Origin: Betaproteobacteria bacterium
GTDB lineage: Bacteria > Pseudomonadota > Gammaproteobacteria > Burkholderiales > SG8-39
Direction: 5' to 3'
Length of the DNA: 64,000 bases
Assembly: GCA_947474715.1 (NCBI GenBank)
Contig: CANJJT010000004.1
Location: forward strand, 33,353-97,352
In this document: piece by piece, positions 11,296 through 20,153 of the stretch
Layout: every line of letters starts with the position of its first letter
Numbering within the stretch: position 1 is the stretch's first letter
Notes under the pieces: generated by a model
The model's database searches: none
What the model was told of the DNA's origin: nothing
What the model saw: the letters and a program-made list of their open reading frames with translations, nothing else
Translations under genes and position numbers: made by a program

Positions 11296-11346
11296 AGGAT
11301 CAGAAACGGCAATGTCGATGGCGCAGTCATTGTTGGATATCATTGA
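11296..11346 (+). pseudogene. Remnant 3' end of a HigB-type toxin gene
   Basis: Translates RIRNGNVDGAVIVGYH*, resembling the HigB C-terminal pattern (..DG.A.DVEIVDYH*), and ends 6 nt before the higA start. Confidence 0.5.
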
Positions 11347-11352
11347 CCAGTC

Positions 11353-11655
11353 ATGGTCATAATCAAGAACGGATTGCCTGCCATCCATCCCGGGGAATTC
11401 CTGCGCGAAATCCTCGAGGAGCAGTGTCTGTCGCAGGCGCAGTTTGCGCGCGCCATCGGCATGGCGCCGATGCGTATCTCGCATGTGGTCAAGGGGGCAC
11501 GGCCGGTGACGGCGGAACTGGCCCTTTTGTTTGGGCAGGCCTTTGGCCAGACTCCGCAGTACTGGCTCAACCTGCAGTCCACCTACGATCTGAAACTGGC
11601 GCAGAAGGCGATGGGCAAGCGTCTGCAGTCGGTGATGGCATTGCAGCCCGGATGA
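11353..11655 (+). CDS. higA: HigA-family antitoxin (Xre HTH)
   Basis: IHPGEFLREIL, RPVTAELAL and PQYWLNLQSTYDL motifs. Confidence 0.9.
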   Translation: MVIIKNGLPAIHPGEFLREILEEQCLSQAQFARAIGMAPMRISHVVKGARPVTAELALLFGQAFGQTPQYWLNLQSTYDLKLAQKAMGKRLQSVMALQPG

Positions 11656-11775
11656 ATTGAATCTCTACCCGGCATCGTCATCGGCGAACCGGGGTCTTGA
11701 CATAAAACACCAGCTGGATTGCGGCAGCAAACGACGCGATACCGGCATCAGGGACAGCAACAGGAGGAAGGCCGC

Positions 11776-14007
11776 ATGAGCAGTACTGCACTGGAGAACA
11801 TCCGCGTCATCGACTTTGGCCAGTACATGGCCGGCCCCATGGCGGGGATGTTTCTTGGCGATTTCGGCGCCGATGTCATCCGCGTGGAGCGCCCCGGCGG
11901 GCCGGTGTATGACACCCCGGCCAATGCCACCTGGAACCGCAACAAGCGCAGCATCACCCTGGACCTGAACCAAGCCGAAGACCTGGCCGTGGCGCGGGAT
12001 CTGGTGGCGCATGCCGATGTGGTGATCGAGAACTTCCGCCCCGACATGATGGCGAAGTGGGGTCTGGACTGGGAGACGGTGCGCAAGTCCAATCCGGGCC
12101 TCGTCTATTGTTCCATCAAGGGCTTTGCCGCCACCGACCCGCGTTACCGTTTGAAGGCCACCGAGGACATCGTCGCCGCCGCCGCCGGCATCCATGCGCC
12201 CACGCCGATCTCCGGCATCAAGCATCCGGTGTACACGGCGATTCCGCTGTGCTCCATGTACGGGGCGCACTGGGCGGCCGTGTCCATCAGCATGGCGCTG
12301 CATGCGCGCGAGCACTCCGGCACCGGCCAGTTCATCGAAGTGCCGCTCTTCGGCGTGGTGCTCACCGCCTTCAGCGGCAAGCTGATGCGCGTGGGCGATG
12401 CGCCCGAGCCCGAGCCGCGCGCCTCCGGCCGTTACGCCATGTGCCAGGACGGCCACTGGCTGATGTACTTCCCCAAGAGCATCGGCAACAAGCCCGCGCT
12501 CATCGAGGAGATGGGCATGCCCTGGTACAAGGACACCATGGAGGAGCCCGAGCGCGAGCGGCGCGCCGCCGTGGTGTTCGCCACACAGCCCGCCGAGTAC
12601 TGGTCCGACGCCTTCGCGCGCCACGGCATCGAGGGCGTGGTGTGCAACCACCCGCGGGACTGGGTGCGCCATCACCTCGCGCGCGACACGAAGGCGGTCG
12701 AGGAATTCAATGACCCGGTGCTGGGGCGCTTTGTCGGGCCGGGCATCAACCCGCGCCTGTCGGAAACCCCGGGCGCGGTGCGCTCACCGCGGCCGCTGCC
12801 CGATCAGCATGGCGCGGCCATACGCAGCGAGATGAAGGCCTGGGCGAAACCGAAGGCACGCCCGGTGCATCCCATCCTCGGTGCCCTGCAGGGCATCAAG
12901 GTGGTGGACATGGGCATCGTGCTGGCCAGCCCCAGTTGCGGGCGCACCCTGGCCGAGTTCGGCGCCAACCTCATCAAGGTGGACAGCCCGGCGCGCAACC
13001 CGGTGAGCTGGCACAACGACATCAACCGCGGCAAGCGCAGCATCCTGCTTGACCTGAAGCACCCGCGCGGCAAGGCCATCTTCTGGAAACTGCTGGAAGA
13101 CGCCGATGTGGTGCTGGAGAACTTCCGCGCCGGCGTGGCCGAGAAAATCGGCTTCGGCTACGAGGCCATCCGCGCGCGCAACCCCGGCATCATCTATTCC
13201 TCGGTGAATGCCTACGGCCAGGGCGGCACCTACACCATGCGCCCGGGGCGCGAGCCGCTGTCGCAGGCCATCAGCGGCATGCAGATGCGCTATGGCGGGG
13301 ACAGGCCTGCCATGAACAACTTCATCGCCGGTGACTACGCCACGGGCCTGGTGAACGCCTTCGGCATCGCCTGTGCACTGATGCACCGGAAGAAAACCGG
13401 CAAGGGGCAGAAGATCAGCGCGGGGCTCATCTACGCCTCCACTCTGCTGCAATCGGCCCTGCTGCAGGATTACGAAGGCAAGCAGTGGAATGAAGCCAGC
13501 GGCCTGGAAGTGCTGGGTACTGCACCCTGGTCACGCGCCTACCAGGCGAAGGACGGCTGGCTCTTCATCGACGGCAAGCGGGAACAGGCGATCCGCCTCG
13601 TTCAGGGCAGCAACGCCATGGATGAAAGCGCACTCGAAGCCGCTTTGGAAAAGCATTTCGCCGCACTGGACCTGGCCACCAGCCTGCAGCAGCTGGACAA
13701 GGCCGGCATCCCCGCGCACCGCATGGTCATGAACCTGCCCTCGCTCAACCTCGACCCCATCGTGCGCGCCGAAGGTTACTGCGTCACCCGCGAACACGAA
13801 GGCATGGGCCCGGTCACCACCATAGGCACTGTCGTCAAACTCAGCCAGACCCCCGTCACCCCCGGCACCCCCGCCTCCAAACCCGGCGCCGACGCGAGAA
13901 GCATCCTCGCCGACATCGGCATGGAAGCCGAGTTCGAGGACCTGCTGAAAGAATGCATCATCGTCAACGAAGGCGTGGTGCCTGGCGGGAGTTCGTTCGG
14001 GAATTAA
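11776..14007 (+). CDS. Tandem two-domain family III (CaiB/BaiF) CoA-transferase
   Basis: Two repeats of the NRxKRSIxLDL and ADVVxENFR motifs. AGGAGG RBS. Confidence 0.88.
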   Translation: MSSTALENIRVIDFGQYMAGPMAGMFLGDFGADVIRVERPGGPVYDTPANATWNRNKRSITLDLNQAEDLAVARDLVAHADVVIENFRPDMMAKWGLDWETVRKSNPGLVYCSIKGFAATDPRYRLKATEDIVAAAAGIHAPTPISGIKHPVYTAIPLCSMYGAHWAAVSISMALHAREHSGTGQFIEVPLFGVVLTAFSGKLMRVGDAPEPEPRASGRYAMCQDGHWLMYFPKSIGNKPALIEEMGMPWYKDTMEEPERERRAAVVFATQPAEYWSDAFARHGIEGVVCNHPRDWVRHHLARDTKAVEEFNDPVLGRFVGPGINPRLSETPGAVRSPRPLPDQHGAAIRSEMKAWAKPKARPVHPILGALQGIKVVDMGIVLASPSCGRTLAEFGANLIKVDSPARNPVSWHNDINRGKRSILLDLKHPRGKAIFWKLLEDADVVLENFRAGVAEKIGFGYEAIRARNPGIIYSSVNAYGQGGTYTMRPGREPLSQAISGMQMRYGGDRPAMNNFIAGDYATGLVNAFGIACALMHRKKTGKGQKISAGLIYASTLLQSALLQDYEGKQWNEASGLEVLGTAPWSRAYQAKDGWLFIDGKREQAIRLVQGSNAMDESALEAALEKHFAALDLATSLQQLDKAGIPAHRMVMNLPSLNLDPIVRAEGYCVTREHEGMGPVTTIGTVVKLSQTPVTPGTPASKPGADARSILADIGMEAEFEDLLKECIIVNEGVVPGGSSFGN

Positions 14008-14172
14008 CGGGGGGGGGGGGCGCAGTACCGGCATTGCCGTTTGGCGCGCACCCCATCCACTTGCGAAAGCCCTTGGCTGTCATCCGGGAGATGGCCTGCC
14101 GCAGGTGTCCATGCCCAGGCTATTCACCCATTTCCGGGGATGAAGTGGCAGCGAAATGACCCAGGCGATCGC

Positions 14173-15222
14173 TCAGGCTGGCGCCGCCAATTCGATTTTC
14201 CGCGTGATGGGATTGGACGCCACGAAGGGCGGACAGAAGGTGGCGTGCAGGCCGCCCTTGCCGCCCGCCACCACCAGGCGCAGGTGATCGGGGCTGGGAA
14301 AGACCTTGGCCGTATCGCCCGAATTTCGACCTTCCTTACGGATGAAGTCGCGTTCCCAGGGAGGCAAGCGCTCCAGCGGAAAGCGGCTGGTGCGCTCGTA
14401 CAGTGCCTGGCGCACTTCGTCCTTGCTCATGCGGGCCCGCACACCGAGGATTTCGGCATGATCCGGATTGAGCAGCAGCCAGCCGAAGCCCTGGCCGTAG
14501 CGCAGCGTCTGCACTCCCGACCACTCCATGGCGCCTGCAAGGGTAATGAGCAGATCATCGGCTGTCTTGCTGGCCGTGTCCGAGGTGGCGGTGGTGCCGG
14601 TGACCGCGCCCAGGGTCACGGTGCTGTCCTCGGCCGAGAACCCCTGATCCACATGGTAGGGCGGCCAGGGACTGCGTTCCTCGAACTCACCGAAGCACAG
14701 GGTAAAGCGACCGGGTGAACCCTGGGTGGACATGGTGGTGCGCCCGGGAATGGAGCCGGCAATGTTGAGTTGCACCAAGCGTAGCGCCCGGCCGATGGTT
14801 GCATTGGCGCGCCAGCCTGGCCCGAGCATGCCAAAGCTGCAATTGAGGTCGAGTTGCCCTCGAATCGGCCCATTGACGACGCACATCAGTGCAACCGGGT
14901 TGGTCGTGGTGTTGATGGCGAGCAGGGGGAAAGCCGGATCGCCCATGATGGCGACGGCCGTGACCACCACCGGGAAATATTCCGGCCGGCATCCTGCCAT
15001 CACCGCGTTGACGGCGATGCGCTCCAGCGTCGCCTCGCCGTAGCGCGGCGCCAGTGTGGCGATGACTTCGGATGGGTCGCGCGGCACCGTGGCCAGCATC
15101 CGTTCCACGCGCTTGGGTGTCGGCGGCACCACCGGCAGGCCGTCGGTCCAGCCGTTGCTGTCCATGAAATCGAGGAAGTTGTCGAAATCCTCGTCAACAA
15201 GGACACGGTCTGTCTTATTCAC
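14173..15222 (-). CDS. Uncharacterised partner protein of the UGSC selenoprotein (paralog of the C-terminal domain of 9560-11293)
   Basis: Shares DGLPVVPPT, AVNxVMAGCRPEY, NGPI and ANxxxGR with the fused gene. Its GTG start overlaps the upstream stop (GTGA) with a GGAGG RBS. Confidence 0.88.
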   Translation of the reverse strand: MNKTDRVLVDEDFDNFLDFMDSNGWTDGLPVVPPTPKRVERMLATVPRDPSEVIATLAPRYGEATLERIAVNAVMAGCRPEYFPVVVTAVAIMGDPAFPLLAINTTTNPVALMCVVNGPIRGQLDLNCSFGMLGPGWRANATIGRALRLVQLNIAGSIPGRTTMSTQGSPGRFTLCFGEFEERSPWPPYHVDQGFSAEDSTVTLGAVTGTTATSDTASKTADDLLITLAGAMEWSGVQTLRYGQGFGWLLLNPDHAEILGVRARMSKDEVRQALYERTSRFPLERLPPWERDFIRKEGRNSGDTAKVFPSPDHLRLVVAGGKGGLHATFCPPFVASNPITRKIELAAPA

Positions 15223-15782
15223 TCATCCTCCAGGGAAATGGGTCGAGCAGGGTCGCGGCGATCCGTTCCCAGCATTCGTGTAAGCAACTCGGGAAACTTG
15301 TCCCGGGCGAACTGGCTCACGACGTCGGGACCGAGCGTCTCGAATGGATGGGCGACCACCACCATGGGCAGGTCAGGAAAGCCGCGCGTCTTGGCCAGGC
15401 TTTTTGCGATGGAGACAAACGCTTCGGTGACGAAAACCACCACTGGAACGCCGCGCTTTTCCAGTTCGGTGCTGTGGGCGACAACTGCCGCCGTGCACCC
15501 CCCTCAGGCGCCCAACCCGACGATGGCTGTGTCGATTTCCGCTGCGAGTCTGTCCAGCGTCGCCTTCGGTAGCAGGCCGCGACGAGGGAGATTGGGCACA
15601 CGCCTGGTGGCGCCCACTTCATGTTGCTTGAGTTGTTGCTCGATGCCGTCCAGAAAAGTGTCGTAGCTGCTCCAGTCGTTGTCGAGCAGTCCGATCACCT
15701 TGTCCTGCAGGGTGGTGATGCGCTGTGACACTGGGGTTGCCCTGCCGCCATCAGGGGCCACCGGGACGATGATTTCGTACAT
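15219..15782 (-). CDS. Putative stand-alone UGSC-type selenoprotein (Sec at codon 93, U-G-G-C; 187 aa with readthrough)
   Basis: ORFs 15504-15782 and 15219-15443 share a frame. TGA readthrough gives IDTAIVGLGA-U-GGCTAAVVAHSTELEKRGVPVV, which aligns with the 9560 gene. Confidence 0.85.
15468..15503 (-). promoter_or_regulatory. Bacterial SECIS-like stem-loop
   Basis: Minus strand UGA-GGGG-GGUGC-AC-GGCGGC-AGUU-GUCGCC-CACA-GCACC. The loop starts 17 nt after the UGA with G-U at loop positions 2-3. Confidence 0.75.
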
Positions 15783-16000
15783 GGTTCATTTCTCCTCAAG
15801 TCGGGTCGAGCATGTCCAGCGAATAGAGACAAAGCATACGGTGTCACGTCACAGGCAGTAAGTGGAGAATGTGGATTTCTGATATTCAGATTATGGTTCA
15901 GTGGAAGTCTTGTGGTTGCGCGTGCAGCGTTTATGATGACAAGTCATGCTCTGGCGGCATCGCCATCGTCGTTTTGCCAGGAAGATAAGGAGGATCAACG

Positions 16001-16963
16001 ATGCGTTTCCTGTGTCGACTTGCCGTGCTTGTCCTTGCCGTGGCCTTTGCAGGCCCGATTCAGGCGCAAACCTTTCCGTCCAAGCCGGTTCGCTTCATCA
16101 TCGGATTTACACCGGGTACCATCGTGGATGCCGTGGCGCGTCTGCTGGCCAACGAGCTGGAAAAACGCTTCGAGCAGCCCATCGTCCTGGAGTTCAAGCC
16201 AGGTGCCAATGCCACTATCGCCGCCAAGTATGTGGTGGGTGCCCCCGCGGATGGTTACACACTGTTCTACGGCAATGTGATGAGCATCAATCCCCTTTTC
16301 ATGGCGAGCAATGCTGTGGATGCGGGCAAGGACCTGGCGTCGGTGTCGCGTATCGCAACGGCACCTTATTTCATGTATGCCAGCGGCCGTATCCCGGTGA
16401 AGACTCTGCAGGAACTGGTAAGCCATGCCCGGGCCAACCCCGATTCGCTCACCTACGGCACCACCTCGCAGACCTTCGACCTGTTCATGCAGATGCTCAA
16501 GGATCGCACCGGGATCACCGCGCGCGGCATACCCTACAAGGTGTCCACCCAGATCACCCAGGCCATGATGGCCGGGGAACTGGACCTGTCCATTACTTCC
16601 AATGTGCAGTCGAATCTGGCAGGTATACGGAACGGCCGCATCAAGCCGCTGTTCGTGACCGGCGCCAGGCGCTCCCCGCTGCTGCCCAATGTGCAAACGG
16701 CAGGCGAAGTGGGCATCAGTGATTTCGAGCTCTCCATCAATTTTGGCCTGTGGGCGCCGGTGGGCACACCGCGCCCGGTCATCGAGCGCCTGAGCCACAC
16801 CAGCGTGACTAGCCTGGCGCCGCCTGAAGTGGCAAATAACATCCTCGCCAAAGCTGCAGCCGAGGCGGTGGGCTCCACCCCCGAAGAGCAAATGAAGGTG
16901 TTCGAAGCCGAAGTGCGGCTGTGGTCGGATGCAGCGCGCCGGGGCAATTTCAAGCCGCAATGA
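16001..16963 (+). CDS. Bug/TctC solute-binding protein (divergent)
   Basis: FPSKPVRFIIGFTPG, PADGYT and IPYK motifs. AAGGAGG RBS. Confidence 0.88.
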   Translation: MRFLCRLAVLVLAVAFAGPIQAQTFPSKPVRFIIGFTPGTIVDAVARLLANELEKRFEQPIVLEFKPGANATIAAKYVVGAPADGYTLFYGNVMSINPLFMASNAVDAGKDLASVSRIATAPYFMYASGRIPVKTLQELVSHARANPDSLTYGTTSQTFDLFMQMLKDRTGITARGIPYKVSTQITQAMMAGELDLSITSNVQSNLAGIRNGRIKPLFVTGARRSPLLPNVQTAGEVGISDFELSINFGLWAPVGTPRPVIERLSHTSVTSLAPPEVANNILAKAAAEAVGSTPEEQMKVFEAEVRLWSDAARRGNFKPQ

Positions 16964-17128
16964 CACTACTCGGTAGGACGCCGATTTCCGCATGCGAGCA
17001 TCCGAAGTGGGCGTGGCGACCAAACTTCTGTTCGAGGGCCTGTGGTCTGTGGGCACGCCCTTGTTGGGTCCAGGTTGTTCAGATCGCCGCTCACGATTAC
17101 AGGGCCATGAGATGAAGGAATTTCAACC

Positions 17129-17821
17129 GTGAAGGGCCAGTCGATCATGATAGCCGTGCTCTTCGGACTGTCCATCCTCACCGCCCCAGCCCACCCCCAG
17201 GTCCCCCCATCCCCTGCCGAAAAAGCCGCCTACACCGGCCTGCACGGTGCCGCCGCCCGCGGTGACGCTGCACAGATCAAGGCGCTTGCCACCAAAGGCG
17301 CCCCCATCGACGCCCGTGATGCCCGCGGCCGCACGCCCCTGCACGTGGCTGCACACGGCGGCGCACACAACGCCCTGCGCGCACTCGCCGCCGCCGGTGC
17401 CAACCCCAACACCCTGGAGAACGACCGCTACGACATCGTCACCATCGCCGCCGTCGCCAACGACGTGCCCACCCTGCAACTCGCACTCGAACTGGGCTGC
17501 AGCGCGAAGAACATCACCAGCCGCTGGGACGGCACCGCCCTCATCGCGGCTGCGCACCTGGGCCACGCCGAGGTCGTGCGCACCCTCATCCAGGCCGGTG
17601 CACCGCTGGACCACGTCAACAACCTGGGCTGGACGGCCGTTATCGAATCCATCGTGCTGGGCGACGGCGGCGTACGCCACACTGAGACCTTGCGCGCCCT
17701 GGTGCAGGCCGGCGCGAACATCAATCTGGCTGACAGGAACCGGCAGACGCCGCTCGCGCTGGCGCGGGCAAAGGGCTATACCAATATGGTGAAGCTGCTG
17801 CAGGAGGCGGCGGCGAGGTAG
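17129..17821 (+). CDS. Exported ankyrin-repeat protein
   Basis: Signal peptide and repeats GRTPLHVAA, GTALIAAAHLGH, GWTAVIE and QTPLALA. Confidence 0.88.
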   Translation: MKGQSIMIAVLFGLSILTAPAHPQVPPSPAEKAAYTGLHGAAARGDAAQIKALATKGAPIDARDARGRTPLHVAAHGGAHNALRALAAAGANPNTLENDRYDIVTIAAVANDVPTLQLALELGCSAKNITSRWDGTALIAAAHLGHAEVVRTLIQAGAPLDHVNNLGWTAVIESIVLGDGGVRHTETLRALVQAGANINLADRNRQTPLALARAKGYTNMVKLLQEAAAR

Positions 17822-17954
17822 GCCGCTGACTGGGCGGGGTTCACTTTATTAATGATGTTCAGGAGGTGGGGGAGTTGTTAGAGTACGGGGGGCGGACGTT
17901 GGCAGATTAAAGGCTGAGCGGCGGAGGGAGCTGCTTCTCGGCCTCTATCCTCGA

Positions 17955-18269
17955 TCAGGCGTTGATCAGTCTTACCGAATACCCTTTGCCGGAAGCAATG
18001 ACCTCAAACAGGCGATCGATATTGGGATGCTTGCCGGGATGCGCGCGCGCGTCGGCGGTGTGTTCGGTGAAAATCTCGATGCCCTCTTGCGCCGCCGTCA
18101 CGGTGATGTCCCCGTGTTTCGCAGCAAGTGCGGCATAGACTGCGAGTGATCCGGCCTTGCCGGGCTTGTTCTCGATGGTGGCCACGACCACACCTGAAGC
18201 GTCGATCAGTTGCAGTTCAGCCAGGTGGCTGATGGCGGGAAGTTGCTTGAGGTTGTCGGCGAAAGCCAT
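17955..18269 (-). CDS. DUF2322-family protein
   Basis: FADNLKQLP, IENKPGKAGSL and HPGKHPNIDRL motifs. Confidence 0.8.
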   Translation of the reverse strand: MAFADNLKQLPAISHLAELQLIDASGVVVATIENKPGKAGSLAVYAALAAKHGDITVTAAQEGIEIFTEHTADARAHPGKHPNIDRLFEVIASGKGYSVRLINA

Positions 18270-18511
18270 GGTTGTATCCTGAGCAGTGTGTTGTAAGTCG
18301 AAGGGCGCAAGGGGCAGGCGCTATTTTGCCGAAGAACGACATCATCGAACAGGCGTCGGCTCGGCAGTCATTCATACGGACACCACCGCAGGATTGGCAT
18401 ACGCCCTCTCGTTCAGCGTCAGCCATCGTTGGAGTCAGGTGAGTGCATTTAACCAGGAACCCAGGTGGCGCCCCAGGAGGGCGCAACCGTCAGACAGGGA
18501 CAGGAGGCAGG

Positions 18512-20089
18512 ATGGGCACCGGATCGGCAGCAACACTCAACCAGTTCTTTTTCGGGGAAGGCCCTGCCAGTGGGGCTTCCATCCTTTATGAGGGCCAGGT
18601 CATTACCATGCAGGGTCTGGAGGAGGACAGTCAGCGCATGGCGGGTGCACTCGCGCGCCTGGGCGTGAAGCATGGTGACAGGGTGGCCGTATGGCTGCCC
18701 AATACGCCGGCCTGGCTGATCTGCCTGTTTGCCTGCGCCCGATTGGGAGCCATCGTTGTCTCCATCAATACGCGTTTTCGCAGCGCAGAACTCGAAGACA
18801 TTGTCGGGCGATCGGGGGCAAAGCTGCTGCTGTTCTGGCCGGGCTATCGCCATCTGGATTTCGTTGACATCCTCGAGGCCCTGAGCGAGCAGGCGGTGAG
18901 GGGGCTTGAGGCCATTATCGAATACGATGAATTGGAGCAATCTCCCGCCTTTGGCTCCATCCACGGCAAGCCGGTGCTTGCATGGCGAGATCTGCTGCAA
19001 AGCGAGGCGCTGGGTAAGGATGAGGCGAGCCTTGAGGATGGCTGCCTCATCTTCAGCACTTCCGGCACGACGCGGGCACCCAAGTTTGTCCTTCACAGCC
19101 AGCGTTCCATCGGCAGCCATGCACTCGATGCCGGGCAGGCATTCGGCATGCAGGCCCCGGATGTCTGCAGCCTGCTGGTGCCGCCGATGTGCGGGGTATT
19201 CGGCCTGTGCATGGCCCTGTCCACACTGGCAGCGGGGCGGCCCTTGATCATGACGCCGCACTTTCATGCGCAACAGGTGGCGGATCTGCTGCGCAGTCAT
19301 GCCGTTACGCACATGGCCGTGGTGGGGGATGTCGTGTCCCAACTGCTGGCCACGAGCAGCGAGACCCGTCCCTTTCCGGCGTTGCGCACCATCATTGGCG
19401 TACGTGCGGGGCAGGCAGCTCCGGCCGAAGCACGGGGGCTGCGCCTTGTGGGGACGTATGGCTCAAGCGAGTTGCAGGCCATGCTTTCGCGGCAGGATTT
19501 CGATGCGCCGACGGCCCAGCGCGAACTCGGTGGCGGTCGGCTGGTGGCGCGAGGCGGCCAGGTGCGGGCCAGGGACGAAGCGGGCGGCGCGTTTCTACCG
19601 CATGGTGTCCAGGGTGAACTGGAGTTCAAGCTGCCCAGCCAGATGCTGGGCTACTATGGAAATCCAGAGGCCACCCGCAAGGCTTTCACGGATGACGGTT
19701 TCTATCGCAGTGGTGACCTTGGCTATACCGTGGCAGACGATGCTTACGTGTTTCTTTCCAGGATGGGTGATGCATTGAGGTTGTCGGGCTTTCTCGTCAA
19801 TCCCGGGGAAATCGAGGCCTTCATGATGGACCATCCAGCAATCGCCGCCGTGCAGGTGGTGGGCCTGGAGGCGGCGGGGCAACTGGTGCCTGTGGCTTTC
19901 GTGAAACTGCGGCCCGGCATGACATTTGAAGAGGCGGCGATCCTCGAGTACTGCGCGCGGCAGATGGCGCGCTACAAGGTGCCCCGGCGGGTCTTCGCCC
20001 TGGATGAGTTCCCGGTGACGCAGGGGGCCAATGGCGACAAGGTTCAGAAGACCCGCTTGCGGGACATGGCCCGGGATCTCATGGCCTGA
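18512..20089 (+). CDS. AMP-binding acyl-CoA synthetase
   Basis: TSGTTRAPK, YGSSE, YRSGDLG and YKVPR motifs. AGGAGG RBS. Confidence 0.9.
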   Translation: MGTGSAATLNQFFFGEGPASGASILYEGQVITMQGLEEDSQRMAGALARLGVKHGDRVAVWLPNTPAWLICLFACARLGAIVVSINTRFRSAELEDIVGRSGAKLLLFWPGYRHLDFVDILEALSEQAVRGLEAIIEYDELEQSPAFGSIHGKPVLAWRDLLQSEALGKDEASLEDGCLIFSTSGTTRAPKFVLHSQRSIGSHALDAGQAFGMQAPDVCSLLVPPMCGVFGLCMALSTLAAGRPLIMTPHFHAQQVADLLRSHAVTHMAVVGDVVSQLLATSSETRPFPALRTIIGVRAGQAAPAEARGLRLVGTYGSSELQAMLSRQDFDAPTAQRELGGGRLVARGGQVRARDEAGGAFLPHGVQGELEFKLPSQMLGYYGNPEATRKAFTDDGFYRSGDLGYTVADDAYVFLSRMGDALRLSGFLVNPGEIEAFMMDHPAIAAVQVVGLEAAGQLVPVAFVKLRPGMTFEEAAILEYCARQMARYKVPRRVFALDEFPVTQGANGDKVQKTRLRDMARDLMA

Positions 20090-20153
20090 GTCCCTGCCTC
20101 GCAGGGGTGCCCGCCCCCCGGGTCTTGCTGACTAGCATGGTGATGACGGTGGA

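Noticed and set aside
14009-14020. G12 homopolymer as a phase-variation switch
   Set aside because: It lies just after a stop codon between convergent genes, so it cannot shift a frame or promoter spacing. It may also be an assembly artefact.
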